From Arenicellales bacterium (GTDB lineage Bacteria; Pseudomonadota; Gammaproteobacteria; Arenicellales; JAJDZL01), in the NCBI GenBank assembly GCA_965214615.1, contig OZ243952.1, positions 1,539,941-1,603,940 of the forward strand: 64,000 bases of DNA. The letters run 5' to 3'. The position numbers and the translations under genes are program-made. Of this stretch, positions 27,494-38,030 are shown one piece after another (positions within the stretch are counted from its first letter, which is position 1; each line of letters begins with the position of its first letter). The notes beneath the pieces are model-generated. The model did not search any database. It had not been told where the DNA came from and was given only the letters and a program-made list of their open reading frames with translations.

Positions 27494-28021
27494 GGCTGTC
27501 CAATGAGACCGGTTTGAGCCCGGCAGTGTCCGCTGTGTTCAATGCCTTTCAAATTTCAGCCTTACTGATATGTCGCGGGATTCGAATCGCTGCGCATGCT
27601 GCCCATATCCGTTGTCGATGTTCACTGCAACCAGTCCCGCAGAGCGGATCAATGGCATCGTGTTCAAGGCAGACATATCTCCTTTCGATTTCCACCGCGA
27701 ACGTCAGTCCTTAAGCGCTTGAGAAGTTTTTTCGAATCTCCGAGATTTGCATGAATCCTCAGACCGGGAACCCGGGAAGGAATTTGCACTAATATCAGTT
27801 GCCGCCTGACAGAAATGCTGCGGGCGTAGCACGGAGGAACACCCATGGACTTCATCTTTCGCTCATGGTTCGGCGCGAAAACCGTCGAGTTCATAAATTC
27901 AATCATATTGTCGTGTGCATTCTGTCCAATTGGACATTCCACCCTCGTCGTTTCGCCGGCGAAACACAGGGGTCCGAGTAAGGAATTCCCCGAACTCTTT
28001 TGTTCAGTTGGGTCGAATTAA

Positions 28022-30940
28022 TTAGGTGTTGCGATCCATTGTTGAACTCGTTTTGAGGAGCGAATGCATAAGGCGGGCCACATGCACCGCCTTGATTCCA
28101 GTGCCAAGTTCGATTTGATGTCTGCATGAAGTTCCGTCGGCAATAACGATGGTGTCGCTATCTGCATTCTGTACGGCGGGAAGTAGTTCCAGTTCGCCGA
28201 TCGACATTGATACCCTGTATGAATCGCGACGGTATCCGAATGCACCGGCCATTCCGCAGCAGCCTGAATCTAGAATCTTGCAACCCAATTCGGGGATCCG
28301 GCTAAGTACCTGCTCAATGCTACCCACCTGTTCGAACGACTTTTGATGGCAGTGCGGATGCACAATCGCATGACGGGGCAGCGGATTTAGATCGAACGGC
28401 ACCTGTTCATTGCAAATGAACTCCTCGAACAAATAGGATGAAGCAGCCAACTTGTCGGCGAGCGAGGACGGTGCGAGAGCGGGAATCTCATCGCGCATTC
28501 CCAGAATGCAGCTAGGCTCCAATCCTACGATAGGCATGCCCTCGCGGATGTAAGGCTCCAAGGCTGATAATGATCGATTGACTTCGACTCTGGCTTCGTC
28601 AACCATGCCTGCCGACAAAAAGGTTCGCCCGCAGCAAAGAGGCCGCTCGCCGGAAGTGGTACTCGGAGCGATCACCCGATAGCCCGCAGCTTCCAGAACG
28701 GCTTGCGCAGCGCGCAAATTGTCAGGTTCGAACCAGGTGTTGAAGGTGTCGGCGAACAGCAAAACGGATTTTCCGGCTTGATGTCCCGAAGCCTTTGGAT
28801 TGACGTACGGACGACTATGCCAGATTGGCAATGGACGGTGGCGGCTGATTTGCGTGATCGGTTCGGCGGTCGCGCGCACGAGCTTCGACTTCGAATACAG
28901 ATTGCTGATGCCGGACAGTCGGCTGGCCCATGGCGCATACCTCGGCAGATACGCAACAATCTTGTCTGCGAACGATGCCCCAAATGCTTCGTGTCTCGCA
29001 GCGTCGACTTCGATCTTCATTCTTGCCATGTCCACTCCAGTAGGACACTCCCGCCGGCAAGCCTTGCAACTGATGCACAGGCTCATGGCTTCGCGCATGG
29101 AATCGGAAATCATCGCGTCGGTTCCAAGCTGACCGGACAGGGCAAGGCGCAATACATTGGCTCTGCCTCGGGTGACATGCTTTTCGTCTCGGGTTGCGCG
29201 GTAGGATGGACACATCGTTCCGCCCGACAGCTTCCGGCAAGCGCCGTTGTTGTTGCACATTTCAACCGCTCCCTGAAACCCTCCGCCCGCGCCAGGCCAA
29301 CCCTGCCAGTCTAGAACGGTCTTGAATTCCTGCACTGAATAGTCGGGCGAATAGCGAAACAGGCTCGTATCATCCATCTTCGGCGCATCAACAATCTTGC
29401 CCGGATTCATGATGTGATCAGGATCGAACAGCGTCTTGATCTGCTTGAATCCTTCAACCAGTCGCTTTCCGAACATTTTTTCGTGAAACTCGGAACGGCA
29501 AATTCCATCGCCATGCTCGCCTGAGTGCGACCCCTTGTATTCCAGCACCATGTCAAAGCATTCCTCGGCGATCGCGCGCATTGCGCGGATGTCCTTGTCG
29601 TGGCGCAGATTCAGAACCGGCCGAACATGAAGACACCCAACCGAGGCATGCGCGTACCACGTCCCCTGCGTGCCATGCCGATGAAATATCTCGGTGAGTC
29701 GCGCGGTATACTCGGCCAAATGCTTCAAATCGACTGCGCAGTCTTCGACGAAGGAAACCGGTTTCCTGTCATCTCGCATTGACATCATGATGTTCAATCC
29801 TGCCTTGCGCACTTCAAACACACGGCTTTGGAAAGTCGGGTCGACCGCCTCGATAACGCCGCCCTGGCTTTGCCTCGGATTCGAGAATGAATACCCCAGA
29901 TCCGCCATCAGTTCGGCAAGCTGCCTAAGTCTGGTCAGGTTTTCGCTTTGCTCGTCTTCGGCGAATTCCACCAAAAGCAGAGCTTCGGGGTCGCCGACGA
30001 CCATTTTTTCAATGGTGCTCCGAAACAGGGCAATGTCGCGCGACAGTCCTATCATCGTGCGATCTATGAGTTCCACTGCGACCGGGCCTAGCTTGACTAT
30101 GTGCTGGGCTGACTCCATGGCGGCATAGAAGCTCGGGAATTGGCATATCCCCAGAACCTTGTTCACGGGCAGCGCCGAGAGCTTCAGTTCAATGGATCGG
30201 GAACACGCAAGCGTACCTTCGGAACCGACTAGAAGGTGTGACATATTGACCGGTTCATTGCCAGGCACTGCGGCATCGATGTTGTAGCCTCCGACTCGGC
30301 GCATCACGTTTGGCAAGCGTCTTGCAATTTCATCTCGTTCGCGATTGCCGATCGACAGCAATGCATCGACCAAGGCGCAATGGCCACGCGAATTGCCATC
30401 GATTTTGCCAAAGTGAACCTCTTCGCCGCTTGTGAGCAGGGCATCGATCGAAACAACGTTATCGCGCATCAGTCCGTAGCGAATTGAACGGCTGCCGCAC
30501 GAATTGTTTCCGGTCATGCCGCCGATCGTCGCCCGGCTCGATGTGGATACGTCAACAGGAAACCAGACGCCATGCTCTCTCAGTTGTCGATTCAGCGAAT
30601 CAAGCACGATTCCGCCTTCAACTGTGCATCGCATGCGTTCAATGTCGAGCGAGACGATTCGATTCAGGTATTTGCTGTAGTCGATCACGATGGCATGATT
30701 GACTGTCTGGCCGCATTGCGAAGTGCCGCCGCCTCGCGGCAGGACAGCAATACCACGCTGCTTTGCGTAGGCGACAGTCTGAGCGACATCGTCGTCATTT
30801 TTTGCGACTACTACGGACAGCGGCATCATCTGATACGCCGATGCGTCAGTCGCGTATCTTCCGCGATCGAACGGGGCGGCGAGAACCTCTCCTTGCAGCT
30901 TGGCTGAAAGGTCGCTGAAGATGGCGCTGGAGGAAGACAC
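28022..30940 (-). CDS. FAD-linked oxidase fused to a Fe-S/CCG-domain subunit (YdiJ-like 2-hydroxyacid dehydrogenase)
   Basis: 972 aa. The N-terminal FAD-binding PCMH part contains RGGGTSQCGQ. A ferredoxin-like CISCKACRRECPTG motif and C-terminal cysteine-rich CCG repeats (LCCG, GCCG) follow. Confidence 0.85.
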   Translation of the reverse strand: MSSSSAIFSDLSAKLQGEVLAAPFDRGRYATDASAYQMMPLSVVVAKNDDDVAQTVAYAKQRGIAVLPRGGGTSQCGQTVNHAIVIDYSKYLNRIVSLDIERMRCTVEGGIVLDSLNRQLREHGVWFPVDVSTSSRATIGGMTGNNSCGSRSIRYGLMRDNVVSIDALLTSGEEVHFGKIDGNSRGHCALVDALLSIGNRERDEIARRLPNVMRRVGGYNIDAAVPGNEPVNMSHLLVGSEGTLACSRSIELKLSALPVNKVLGICQFPSFYAAMESAQHIVKLGPVAVELIDRTMIGLSRDIALFRSTIEKMVVGDPEALLLVEFAEDEQSENLTRLRQLAELMADLGYSFSNPRQSQGGVIEAVDPTFQSRVFEVRKAGLNIMMSMRDDRKPVSFVEDCAVDLKHLAEYTARLTEIFHRHGTQGTWYAHASVGCLHVRPVLNLRHDKDIRAMRAIAEECFDMVLEYKGSHSGEHGDGICRSEFHEKMFGKRLVEGFKQIKTLFDPDHIMNPGKIVDAPKMDDTSLFRYSPDYSVQEFKTVLDWQGWPGAGGGFQGAVEMCNNNGACRKLSGGTMCPSYRATRDEKHVTRGRANVLRLALSGQLGTDAMISDSMREAMSLCISCKACRRECPTGVDMARMKIEVDAARHEAFGASFADKIVAYLPRYAPWASRLSGISNLYSKSKLVRATAEPITQISRHRPLPIWHSRPYVNPKASGHQAGKSVLLFADTFNTWFEPDNLRAAQAVLEAAGYRVIAPSTTSGERPLCCGRTFLSAGMVDEARVEVNRSLSALEPYIREGMPIVGLEPSCILGMRDEIPALAPSSLADKLAASSYLFEEFICNEQVPFDLNPLPRHAIVHPHCHQKSFEQVGSIEQVLSRIPELGCKILDSGCCGMAGAFGYRRDSYRVSMSIGELELLPAVQNADSDTIVIADGTSCRHQIELGTGIKAVHVARLMHSLLKTSSTMDRNT

Positions 30941-31144
30941 GGGCTGAATTCAAGTGAAGTGGATTTCGATAGAAGGCTGCTGCCCGCAATGGCGGGCCAG
31001 GGCGGGAACCGGATTGCGCAAGTCGGTCAAGTCAGCCGTGGTCGACGAATTACCGCAGTCGGGAACTGCCACCCCCGGGGTATCCGTCAATCGTGCCTGC
31101 ACCGTGTCGGTCCGTTAAACTTGGTCGGCAATTGCCGCCTGATC

Positions 31145-31942
31145 CTACCGGCCTTCAAATCTGGGTTTTCGCTTTTCGTTGAATGCGAGTATGCCTTCGC
31201 GACGGTCCCGTGTCGGCACGGTACGGCCATACGCCTCGATCTCGAACTCCATCGCGTCTGACAGCGCCATTTGCAGCCCCTTGCGGATGGCGTGCTTGGC
31301 TTGCCGAACCGCGATCGGGGCGTTTGCTGCAATTTGCTTCGCCGTCCGAATTGCTGCGTCAAGCAGTTGTTCGGATGGAACGATCTGATTTGCCAGACCC
31401 CAATCATGGGCCTGTTCGGCGGAAAAAGGCTTCGCAGATAGTATCACCTCTTTTGCGCGGCGTTCTCCGATCGCGCGGGAAAGCGTTTGCGTGCCGCCTG
31501 CTCCCGGAATGATTCCGATGCCGGTTTCAGGCAATGCGAAGCGCGCTGATTCGGCTGCATAGAGAAAATCAAGCAGCAGGGCGATTTCGCATCCTCCTCC
31601 GTAGGCGGCTCCGTTCACTGCGCCGATGACCGGGACCGGACAATTGACAATCGCGCGCGCCATTCTCTCAATTCCCAAGTGCTGCAGCGTCCATTGCTCG
31701 TTGCTCATTCCCTTGCGCTCTTTTAGATCGGCTCCGGCGCAAAATGCACGATTGCCAGATCCGGTGACGACAATGCAGCGCATATCGCCGGCATCCATGG
31801 CGAACGATTCGAACAGCAGGTAGAGTTCACGCGACATCGCCGTATTGAAAGCATTGGAAGCTTCCGGTCGATTCAATGTGATTATGGTGACATTGTCGCC
31901 TGCCGGGCGAACAAGCAGCGTTTTAAATTCGTTGTGATCCAT
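31145..31942 (-). CDS. enoyl-CoA hydratase/isomerase family protein
   Basis: Crotonase motifs [10 protein letters not shown] and GGGCEIAL. The ATG at 31942 is preferred over the TTG at 31975. Confidence 0.85.
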   Translation of the reverse strand: MDHNEFKTLLVRPAGDNVTIITLNRPEASNAFNTAMSRELYLLFESFAMDAGDMRCIVVTGSGNRAFCAGADLKERKGMSNEQWTLQHLGIERMARAIVNCPVPVIGAVNGAAYGGGCEIALLLDFLYAAESARFALPETGIGIIPGAGGTQTLSRAIGERRAKEVILSAKPFSAEQAHDWGLANQIVPSEQLLDAAIRTAKQIAANAPIAVRQAKHAIRKGLQMALSDAMEFEIEAYGRTVPTRDRREGILAFNEKRKPRFEGR

Positions 31943-32122
31943 AGTGTCAGATCGAATCACCGGTTCTGTGACCAAAACTGCAGCAGCCCGGGCACATGCC
32001 AGCTCAAGTGTGAATGTCTCAAATCGCAGCAGCGACGTTCGGAAATTACCAAAAAACTTATCTTCGGCAAATGCCCGTATAATACTTTATGTTTGCAAAT
32101 ACACCTATGGACCGGTTGTTTG

Positions 32123-33043
32123 ATGAAAGTGAAATTGGCCCAGCCCCGCGGGTTTTGCGCCGGCGTAGTTCGCGCGATTGACATCGTTGAACGCGCACTT
32201 GAAAAATACGGAACGCCAATCTACGTTCGGCATGAAATCGTGCACAACCGCCGCGTCGTTGAAAGGCTCAAAGCCAAAGGTGTGATATTCGTCAAGCAAG
32301 TCGAAGAGATTCCTGCGGGATCTGTCGTGGTCTTTAGTGCGCACGGGGTGTCCCGGAAAGTAAAGTCCGACTCTGATTCCAGACAATTGGAGGCTTTGGA
32401 TGCGACCTGCCCCCTAGTGACCAAGGTGCACGGACAAGGTCGGCGCTACGCTGCGCAAGGCTATGAAATTGTTCTCATCGGACATCATAACCATCCGGAA
32501 GTGGAAGGTACGCTCGGTCAAATTGACGGTACCATGCATCTCGTTGAAGATGTGACCGGAGTCGAGGCGCTTGAAGTTAGGAATCCCGATCGCGTTGCCT
32601 TTGTGACCCAGACCACGCTTTCAGTCGATGATACGCGAGACATCATTGTCGCTTTGCGCCGGCGATTTCCGAATATTGTGGGCCCGGATGTCGAAGATAT
32701 TTGCTACGCCACGCAGAACCGGCAAACAGCTGTGCGCAAGCTCGCCTCGCAAGTGGATCTGATAATCGTAGTAGGCGCTAGAAACAGCTCCAACTCAAAC
32801 CGCCTATGCGAAGTCGGAAATCTATCCGGCGTCACCACCTATCTGGTCGACGACCCGTCACAGGTGAATCGCAACTGGCTTGAAGGCATAGATGAAGTCG
32901 GCATAACCGCCGGAGCTTCTACGCCGGACGATCTTGTTTCCGATGTCATCGACAGGCTGCGAGATTTTTCCGCGGTAGAAATCTCAACCCTGTCCGGTGT
33001 TTCGGAGAATGTCCATTTCAGCCTTCCGCCAGGGCTGCGCTGA
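32123..33043 (+). CDS. ispH: 4-hydroxy-3-methylbut-2-enyl diphosphate reductase
   Basis: The protein starts [23 protein letters not shown] and contains CPLVTKVH and SSNSNRL. The track ORF from 31934 adds 63 non-homologous residues. Confidence 0.95.
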   Translation: MKVKLAQPRGFCAGVVRAIDIVERALEKYGTPIYVRHEIVHNRRVVERLKAKGVIFVKQVEEIPAGSVVVFSAHGVSRKVKSDSDSRQLEALDATCPLVTKVHGQGRRYAAQGYEIVLIGHHNHPEVEGTLGQIDGTMHLVEDVTGVEALEVRNPDRVAFVTQTTLSVDDTRDIIVALRRRFPNIVGPDVEDICYATQNRQTAVRKLASQVDLIIVVGARNSSNSNRLCEVGNLSGVTTYLVDDPSQVNRNWLEGIDEVGITAGASTPDDLVSDVIDRLRDFSAVEISTLSGVSENVHFSLPPGLR

Positions 33044-33149
33044 TTGGTCTGCGAAACGCGCAGCGCATATCGAGTCAGACAGCAGCGGGTCCGGAAACGC
33101 TTGATCCGACAGCCTCGACTTGCAAGGGCAAGTCCGGCTTTAAGTTGCA

Positions 33150-33719
33150 TCAGTGCCCGTCAACATCCTCGGGCTTCAGATATTTGGCGATTCGGAACAT
33201 CTGATAGAACATGAAGACCATTGTCAGTCCGATTACGCCGAATACTTTAAAATTCACCCAGATTTCCTCTCGCCGCGCTTCGTCCAAATCTAGGCCGTAA
33301 TAGAATGCGACGTATATGTTGAGCAGCCCCACGAAGGCGAAGAACAGCCCCCAGTTGCGGTTCATCGATCTCCAGGCCGGGGCGGGCAGATGCAATTTCG
33401 AGCCAAGCAGCACCTCGAGTGCTGTTCGTTTCGTAAATACCTGGGAATACAGTATGATTGCGGCGAAAATCCAGTTTACGATTGTAGTTTTCCATTTGAT
33501 GAACACAGGGTCGCGCAGCACGATCGTCATTCCGCCGAAAACAACCAGTGCGCACAGTGTCACCACGTGCATCGTTTCGAATCGCCGGTGCTTGATCCAG
33601 AAAGCCACCAGTTGAACAGCCGATGCGGCAATCGCGACGCCTGTCGCCACGAAAATGTCGTACATTTTGTAGGCGGCAAAAAATAGGAGAACCGGGAAAA
33701 GGTCGAACAGAAGTTTCAT
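33150..33719 (-). CDS. yciB: intracellular septation protein A (YciB/IspZ)
   Basis: 189 aa polytopic membrane protein. The N-terminus MKLLFDLFPVLLFFAAYK is typical of YciB. Confidence 0.85.
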   Translation of the reverse strand: MKLLFDLFPVLLFFAAYKMYDIFVATGVAIAASAVQLVAFWIKHRRFETMHVVTLCALVVFGGMTIVLRDPVFIKWKTTIVNWIFAAIILYSQVFTKRTALEVLLGSKLHLPAPAWRSMNRNWGLFFAFVGLLNIYVAFYYGLDLDEARREEIWVNFKVFGVIGLTMVFMFYQMFRIAKYLKPEDVDGH

Positions 33720-33742
33720 TGGAAGTCGTCGTCAGGTGAATC

Positions 33743-33829
33743 TGGTGCCGAGGGAGAGACTCGAACTCTCACGGTGTCTCCACCACCGGATTTTGAGTCC
33801 GGCGCGTCTGCCAATTTCGCCACCTCGGC
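33743..33829 (-). tRNA. tRNA-Leu (anticodon CAA)
   Basis: The reverse complement folds as a cloverleaf. The acceptor stem is GCCGAGG/CCTCGGC and the anticodon stem is CCGGA/TCCGG with loop CTCAAAA. It has a long variable arm, a T-arm GAGAG-TTCGAGT-CTCTC, discriminator A and an encoded CCA. Confidence 0.93.
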
Positions 33830-33936
33830 AGGCACCAATTGGAAATCGGTTATTTTAATCTATTCCGCTTTTCCGAGTCGCAAGGAAAAACGACCCTAGC
33901 GCTGCTCGCTCACAAGGCGGACGCCATTCATCCGAT

Positions 33937-35280
33937 ATGCACCTAATACCACAAATTTCACATGACAGGCTGAATTGGCACAAGAAGGTACTGAACCTTA
34001 CCTGGCCGGTCATCTTGTCCAATCTGAGCATTCCGCTTACCGGTGCCGTCGACACCGCCGTAGTGGGGCACCTTCCCGATCCGGCATACATCGGGGCGGT
34101 AGCCCTCGGCGCCCTGATTTTCAGCGCGATCTATTGGCTGATGGGGTTTCTTCGCATGGCCACGACCGGTTTCGTGGCCCAGGCCTACGGTGCAAGAGAT
34201 GACGAGGAAATCGTCGCGGTCCTAGCGCGCGGCTTTGGGATCGCAATGGCCGTTGGCCTGGCGGTCATATTGGTGCAGGCGCCGCTGGGATCGGCGGTCT
34301 TCTGGTTTTTTGAAGCGACCCGGGAAGTCGAGTCGCACGCACTTGACTACTACGGCATCCGAATCTGGGGAGTGGTTTTCGCCTTGTCGAACCTGGTCAT
34401 TCTGGGATTGCTATTCGGTCTTCAGAAAATGCGTCACGCTCTCGTGCTTCAGCTGATTCTGAACGGAATGAATGTCGTGCTTGACTTGATTTTCGTTCTG
34501 GGATTCGGGTGGGGCGTTCAGGGCGTCGCGGCCGCAACGCTGATTAGCGAGGCGGTCACCGTGTTCGCCGGAGTGTTGATGCTGCGGCGCCTGGTGAGTT
34601 ATCCGTCGGGCGGATTGAAGGAACTGAGCGTGCTTCGCCGCGACAAGCTGATCGCCCTTGCGGCGGTCAATTTCAACATCATGATTCGCACGGTCTGCAT
34701 TGAGGCGGTGTTCATCCTGTTCATGTATATCAGTGCGAAAAGCGGCGATGTCATATTAGCCGCAAACGCGGTATTGCTTCATCTTGTTCATTTTCTGGCT
34801 TTCGGACTCGACGGCTTTGCCCATGCCGCAGAAGCTCTGGCCGGCAATGCCTACGGTGCGAAAAATCGCGCGATGCTGCGTCGAAGCGTGCGCACGACCC
34901 TGGGCTGGTCGTGCGTCGTGGCGCTCGTGTTTTGCGCAATCTACGGCCTTGGAGGAACGATGATTATCGGGCTGATGACAGGAATCGACGAAGTTCGCAG
35001 CACCGCAGATGAATACTTGATTTGGCTGGTCATCGCGCCGGCAGCCTGCGTGTGGCCTTTTCTTTTCGACGGCGTCTATATTGGTACAATGCGCACTGTC
35101 GAGATGCGAAACAGCATGTTCATTTCGATAGCCGTATATGCGCCGGCAGCCTATATCGGGTATGCCGCACTGGGAAATCATGGATTGTGGTGCGCCATCC
35201 TGATTTTTATGCTGGCAAGGGGAGGAACGCTTGCCGCGTGGTATCCGAAAGTCGAGGCGAAGGCGGAACTGCCCGCATAG
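33937..35280 (+). CDS. MATE family efflux transporter
   Basis: 447 aa with about 12 hydrophobic segments. The MATE-like N-terminus is TWPVILSNLSIPLTGAVDTAVVGHL. Confidence 0.85.
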   Translation: MHLIPQISHDRLNWHKKVLNLTWPVILSNLSIPLTGAVDTAVVGHLPDPAYIGAVALGALIFSAIYWLMGFLRMATTGFVAQAYGARDDEEIVAVLARGFGIAMAVGLAVILVQAPLGSAVFWFFEATREVESHALDYYGIRIWGVVFALSNLVILGLLFGLQKMRHALVLQLILNGMNVVLDLIFVLGFGWGVQGVAAATLISEAVTVFAGVLMLRRLVSYPSGGLKELSVLRRDKLIALAAVNFNIMIRTVCIEAVFILFMYISAKSGDVILAANAVLLHLVHFLAFGLDGFAHAAEALAGNAYGAKNRAMLRRSVRTTLGWSCVVALVFCAIYGLGGTMIIGLMTGIDEVRSTADEYLIWLVIAPAACVWPFLFDGVYIGTMRTVEMRNSMFISIAVYAPAAYIGYAALGNHGLWCAILIFMLARGGTLAAWYPKVEAKAELPA

Positions 35281-35378
35281 ATCAGCCGGCCGACCGGCCT
35301 ATGTCGCGGCCGGCCGGCGAGAATCCAGTACAATGCGCTGCGTTTGAATATTTACTGCACCGGACTTGGAGATGACGA

Positions 35379-36212
35379 ATGCAACCCTCCCCCCTGATTG
35401 AAGCCGAACAGGCCATATCCCGGCTCGGCAACGAAGACACGGTATTTGTCGATGCGACATGGTATTTGCCCAACGTTTCGAATGACGGGCGCAAGGAATT
35501 CGAGCGCAAGCGCATTCCGGGTGCGATTTTCTACGATATCGACGAAGTCGCCGACCCGCGCAGCGACCTGCCGCACATGTATCCGACCGCGGAGCGGTTT
35601 GAGCAGTGTGTCGGGAATATGGGAATTTCTTCAAATTCCCGGCTTATCGTTTATGATCGGTCGAATTACATTGCATCGGCGCGCGCATGGTGGATGTTCA
35701 AGTCATTCGGCCACCCCGATGTGAAGGTTCTGAACGGGTGCCTTAAGGCGTGGGAACGCTGCAACGGACCGACCGAATCGGGTCCCGGACATGTTTCGCC
35801 TTGCGCGTATTCGGCCCGCAGTCCGGACGATTTCGTTGTCGAGTGGAAAGAACTTGCCGAATCCTTGAACACCGGCCGGTTCAGCCTGCTTGACGCACGC
35901 TCCGAAGGCCGGTTCAGCGGCGCCGATCCCGAACCGCGTCCAGGCCTGAGAGGCGGACATATCCCCGGCAGCCTGAATTTGTACTACGGCGATGTCATCA
36001 ACAGCGACGGCACGATCAGGTCTGCATCCGAAATCGCGTCTGCACTGGATGCATTGAAAGTGTCCGAGGATCGTGGGATTGTGACTACTTGCGGTTCGGG
36101 AGTCACGGCAGCAATATTGCTGCTGGCGATCTGTCAGACGCGCCGCGGCGGATTGCGGCTGTATGACGGATCGTGGACCGAATGGGCATCGAATCCTGAC
36201 AGTCCGCAGTGA
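35379..36212 (+). CDS. sseA: 3-mercaptopyruvate sulfurtransferase (tandem rhodanese)
   Basis: 277 aa with two rhodanese domains and the active-site loop CGSGVTA. Confidence 0.85.
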   Translation: MQPSPLIEAEQAISRLGNEDTVFVDATWYLPNVSNDGRKEFERKRIPGAIFYDIDEVADPRSDLPHMYPTAERFEQCVGNMGISSNSRLIVYDRSNYIASARAWWMFKSFGHPDVKVLNGCLKAWERCNGPTESGPGHVSPCAYSARSPDDFVVEWKELAESLNTGRFSLLDARSEGRFSGADPEPRPGLRGGHIPGSLNLYYGDVINSDGTIRSASEIASALDALKVSEDRGIVTTCGSGVTAAILLLAICQTRRGGLRLYDGSWTEWASNPDSPQ

Positions 36213-36242
36213 TCTTGTCGACTGCTTTCGGAAATTCAGCTT

Positions 36243-37277
36243 TTGCCGGGTCTCGCTCAGTTTGACTTTGATCTGCCGCAAGGGCAGATTGCGCTGTATC
36301 CGGCAGCCGAGCGAACCGGCAGCCGCCTTTTGGCGCTTGACGAAACCGGTGCGACCGAGGAGTTGAAGTTTGCCCGGATCGCTAGGCTGCTGCGCCCCGG
36401 AGATCTGCTGGTATGCAACGACAGCAAAGTCATTCCTGCAAGGCTGATCGGTGCAAAGCCCACTGGCGGGCGGGTAGAGATTCTGGTTGAACGGATTGTC
36501 GGATCAACCCGGATGCTGGCCCAGATGCGTGCGCGCAAATCCTTGCGAATCGGCGACAGGGTTGTCATCGCCGATCAGGTCGAACTGGTTGTTGCCGGAA
36601 GGGATGGCGAGTTCTTCCTGGTTGATGTCGAATGTAGCATTTCAGCCGATTCGCTCATTGCAAGATATGGCGCAGTGCCGCTTCCGCCCTACATCGACCG
36701 CCCCGCCGAAGCACTCGATACGCAGCGCTACCAGAACGTCTATGCCAGGCATGACGGTTCAGTCGCGGCTCCGACTGCCGGACTTCACTTTTCCAACGAG
36801 CTTATGACGCAGCTTGAAATCGCCGGGATCGAATTCGAATACCTGACGCTGCATGTCGGCGCAGGCACATTCGCTCCGATCCGGGACGGCCAGGTCGACG
36901 GACATCGGCTGCATCGGGAGCGGTGCGCGATCAGCGAATCCGCTTGCGAGCGCATCAACGAGGCAAAGCGCGCTGGGCGCAGAGTCATTGCCGTCGGCAC
37001 AACCTCTGTGAGAACTTTGGAAACTGCGGCGGTCGCAGGGATGCTGAAGCCTTACAGTGCAGAGACACAGCTTTTCATCAAGCCGGGGTTCGAGTTTCAG
37101 ATCGCCGACGCGATAATCACGAATTTTCATTTGCCGCGATCGACTCTGCTGATGCTGGTTTGCGCGTTTGCCGGCACTGCCCGGGTGTTGAAGGCATACC
37201 GGTATGCGGTAGGGAGCGGTTTTCGCTTCTACAGCTACGGCGATGCCATGTTTGCGGTACGCCAGCCGCATGATTGA
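36243..37277 (+). CDS. queA: S-adenosylmethionine:tRNA ribosyltransferase-isomerase
   Basis: 344 aa containing FDFDLP, PLPPYI, TAGLHF and VGTTSVRTLE. The start is a TTG as given in the track. Confidence 0.93.
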   Translation: MPGLAQFDFDLPQGQIALYPAAERTGSRLLALDETGATEELKFARIARLLRPGDLLVCNDSKVIPARLIGAKPTGGRVEILVERIVGSTRMLAQMRARKSLRIGDRVVIADQVELVVAGRDGEFFLVDVECSISADSLIARYGAVPLPPYIDRPAEALDTQRYQNVYARHDGSVAAPTAGLHFSNELMTQLEIAGIEFEYLTLHVGAGTFAPIRDGQVDGHRLHRERCAISESACERINEAKRAGRRVIAVGTTSVRTLETAAVAGMLKPYSAETQLFIKPGFEFQIADAIITNFHLPRSTLLMLVCAFAGTARVLKAYRYAVGSGFRFYSYGDAMFAVRQPHD

Positions 37278-37295
37278 TTGCAGGAGGAACGAGAC

Positions 37296-37736
37296 ATGAC
37301 TGCATTGGAAGATTCCGGCAACGGATTGGAATGCGTATTTTGCAAAATCGTTGCAGGCGAGCTGCCGTGCTTCGAAATCTGTCAGGACCGGCACACCCTG
37401 GCCTTCATGGACATCAATCCGGCTTCCCAAGGGCACGTTCTTGTGATACCGAAGGCGCATTACGCGAATTTGTACGAGATGCCGGATTCGGAGCTTGGCC
37501 ATGTCATGGCGACGCTGCGAAAGGTTGCTGGCGCGGTCAACAGGTACACCAGACCGCATGGAGTGAGCATTGTTCAGGCGAATGGACCCGGAGCCGCTCA
37601 ATCGGTGATGCACTATCACTGCCATATTGTGCCGCGCTGGAAGGGGGACGAAATGAAGATCAACTGGGGCCTTGTCCCCGGCGACATGGACCGGATCGGC
37701 GCAGTAGCAGCAAAGATCCGCGAAGCGCTGGAATGA
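37296..37736 (+). CDS. HIT family (histidine triad) protein
   Basis: CVFCKIV near the N-terminus and the HxHxHxx motif HYHCHIVP. An AGGAGG Shine-Dalgarno sequence precedes the ATG at 37296. Confidence 0.85.
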   Translation: MTALEDSGNGLECVFCKIVAGELPCFEICQDRHTLAFMDINPASQGHVLVIPKAHYANLYEMPDSELGHVMATLRKVAGAVNRYTRPHGVSIVQANGPGAAQSVMHYHCHIVPRWKGDEMKINWGLVPGDMDRIGAVAAKIREALE

Positions 37737-38030
37737 CTCAGGCGCCGGATCCGTGTGAACCCGAGTGCCGGGCGGATGTAGGCCAGGCCGGAGCCGCAGC
37801 TTTTTGCGCGCACCTTGGCGGCGGCAATTGAATATGGGTGGGGAAGCTGCAAGACGCCGCCAGACGCTGCCGAAATTTCAGTGTGCCGCCGGCGGCGCGG
37901 CGATGCAATTATGAAAAAAATAAATTGAAATTATGTATAACTACCGTTTCGAGTAGCTGAACTCCCCTTAAATCAATAAGAAATACAACACGCAAACAAT
38001 GTTCTGATACCGACTGGGTGAGCGATCATC

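Noticed and set aside
27575-27590. The sequence gcgggattcgaatcgc, which resembles a tRNA T-arm (GGTTCGAATCC) and could mark an integration site.
   Set aside because: The flanking bases do not form a T-stem or an acceptor stem, and no matching full tRNA is adjacent. The only true tRNA in the window is at 33743-33829.
31934-32122. A 63-residue N-terminal extension of ispH suggested by the track ORF.
   Set aside because: The extension is Cys/Gln-rich and non-homologous. IspH homology starts exactly at [14 protein letters not shown] (ATG at 32123), and the extension would overlap the divergent enoyl-CoA hydratase gene start.
37274-37831. A 185-aa ORF overlapping the HIT gene in another frame.
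   Set aside because: The HIT frame carries the diagnostic HxHxHxx motif and a strong Shine-Dalgarno sequence. The alternative frame is Arg/Gly-rich with no motifs.
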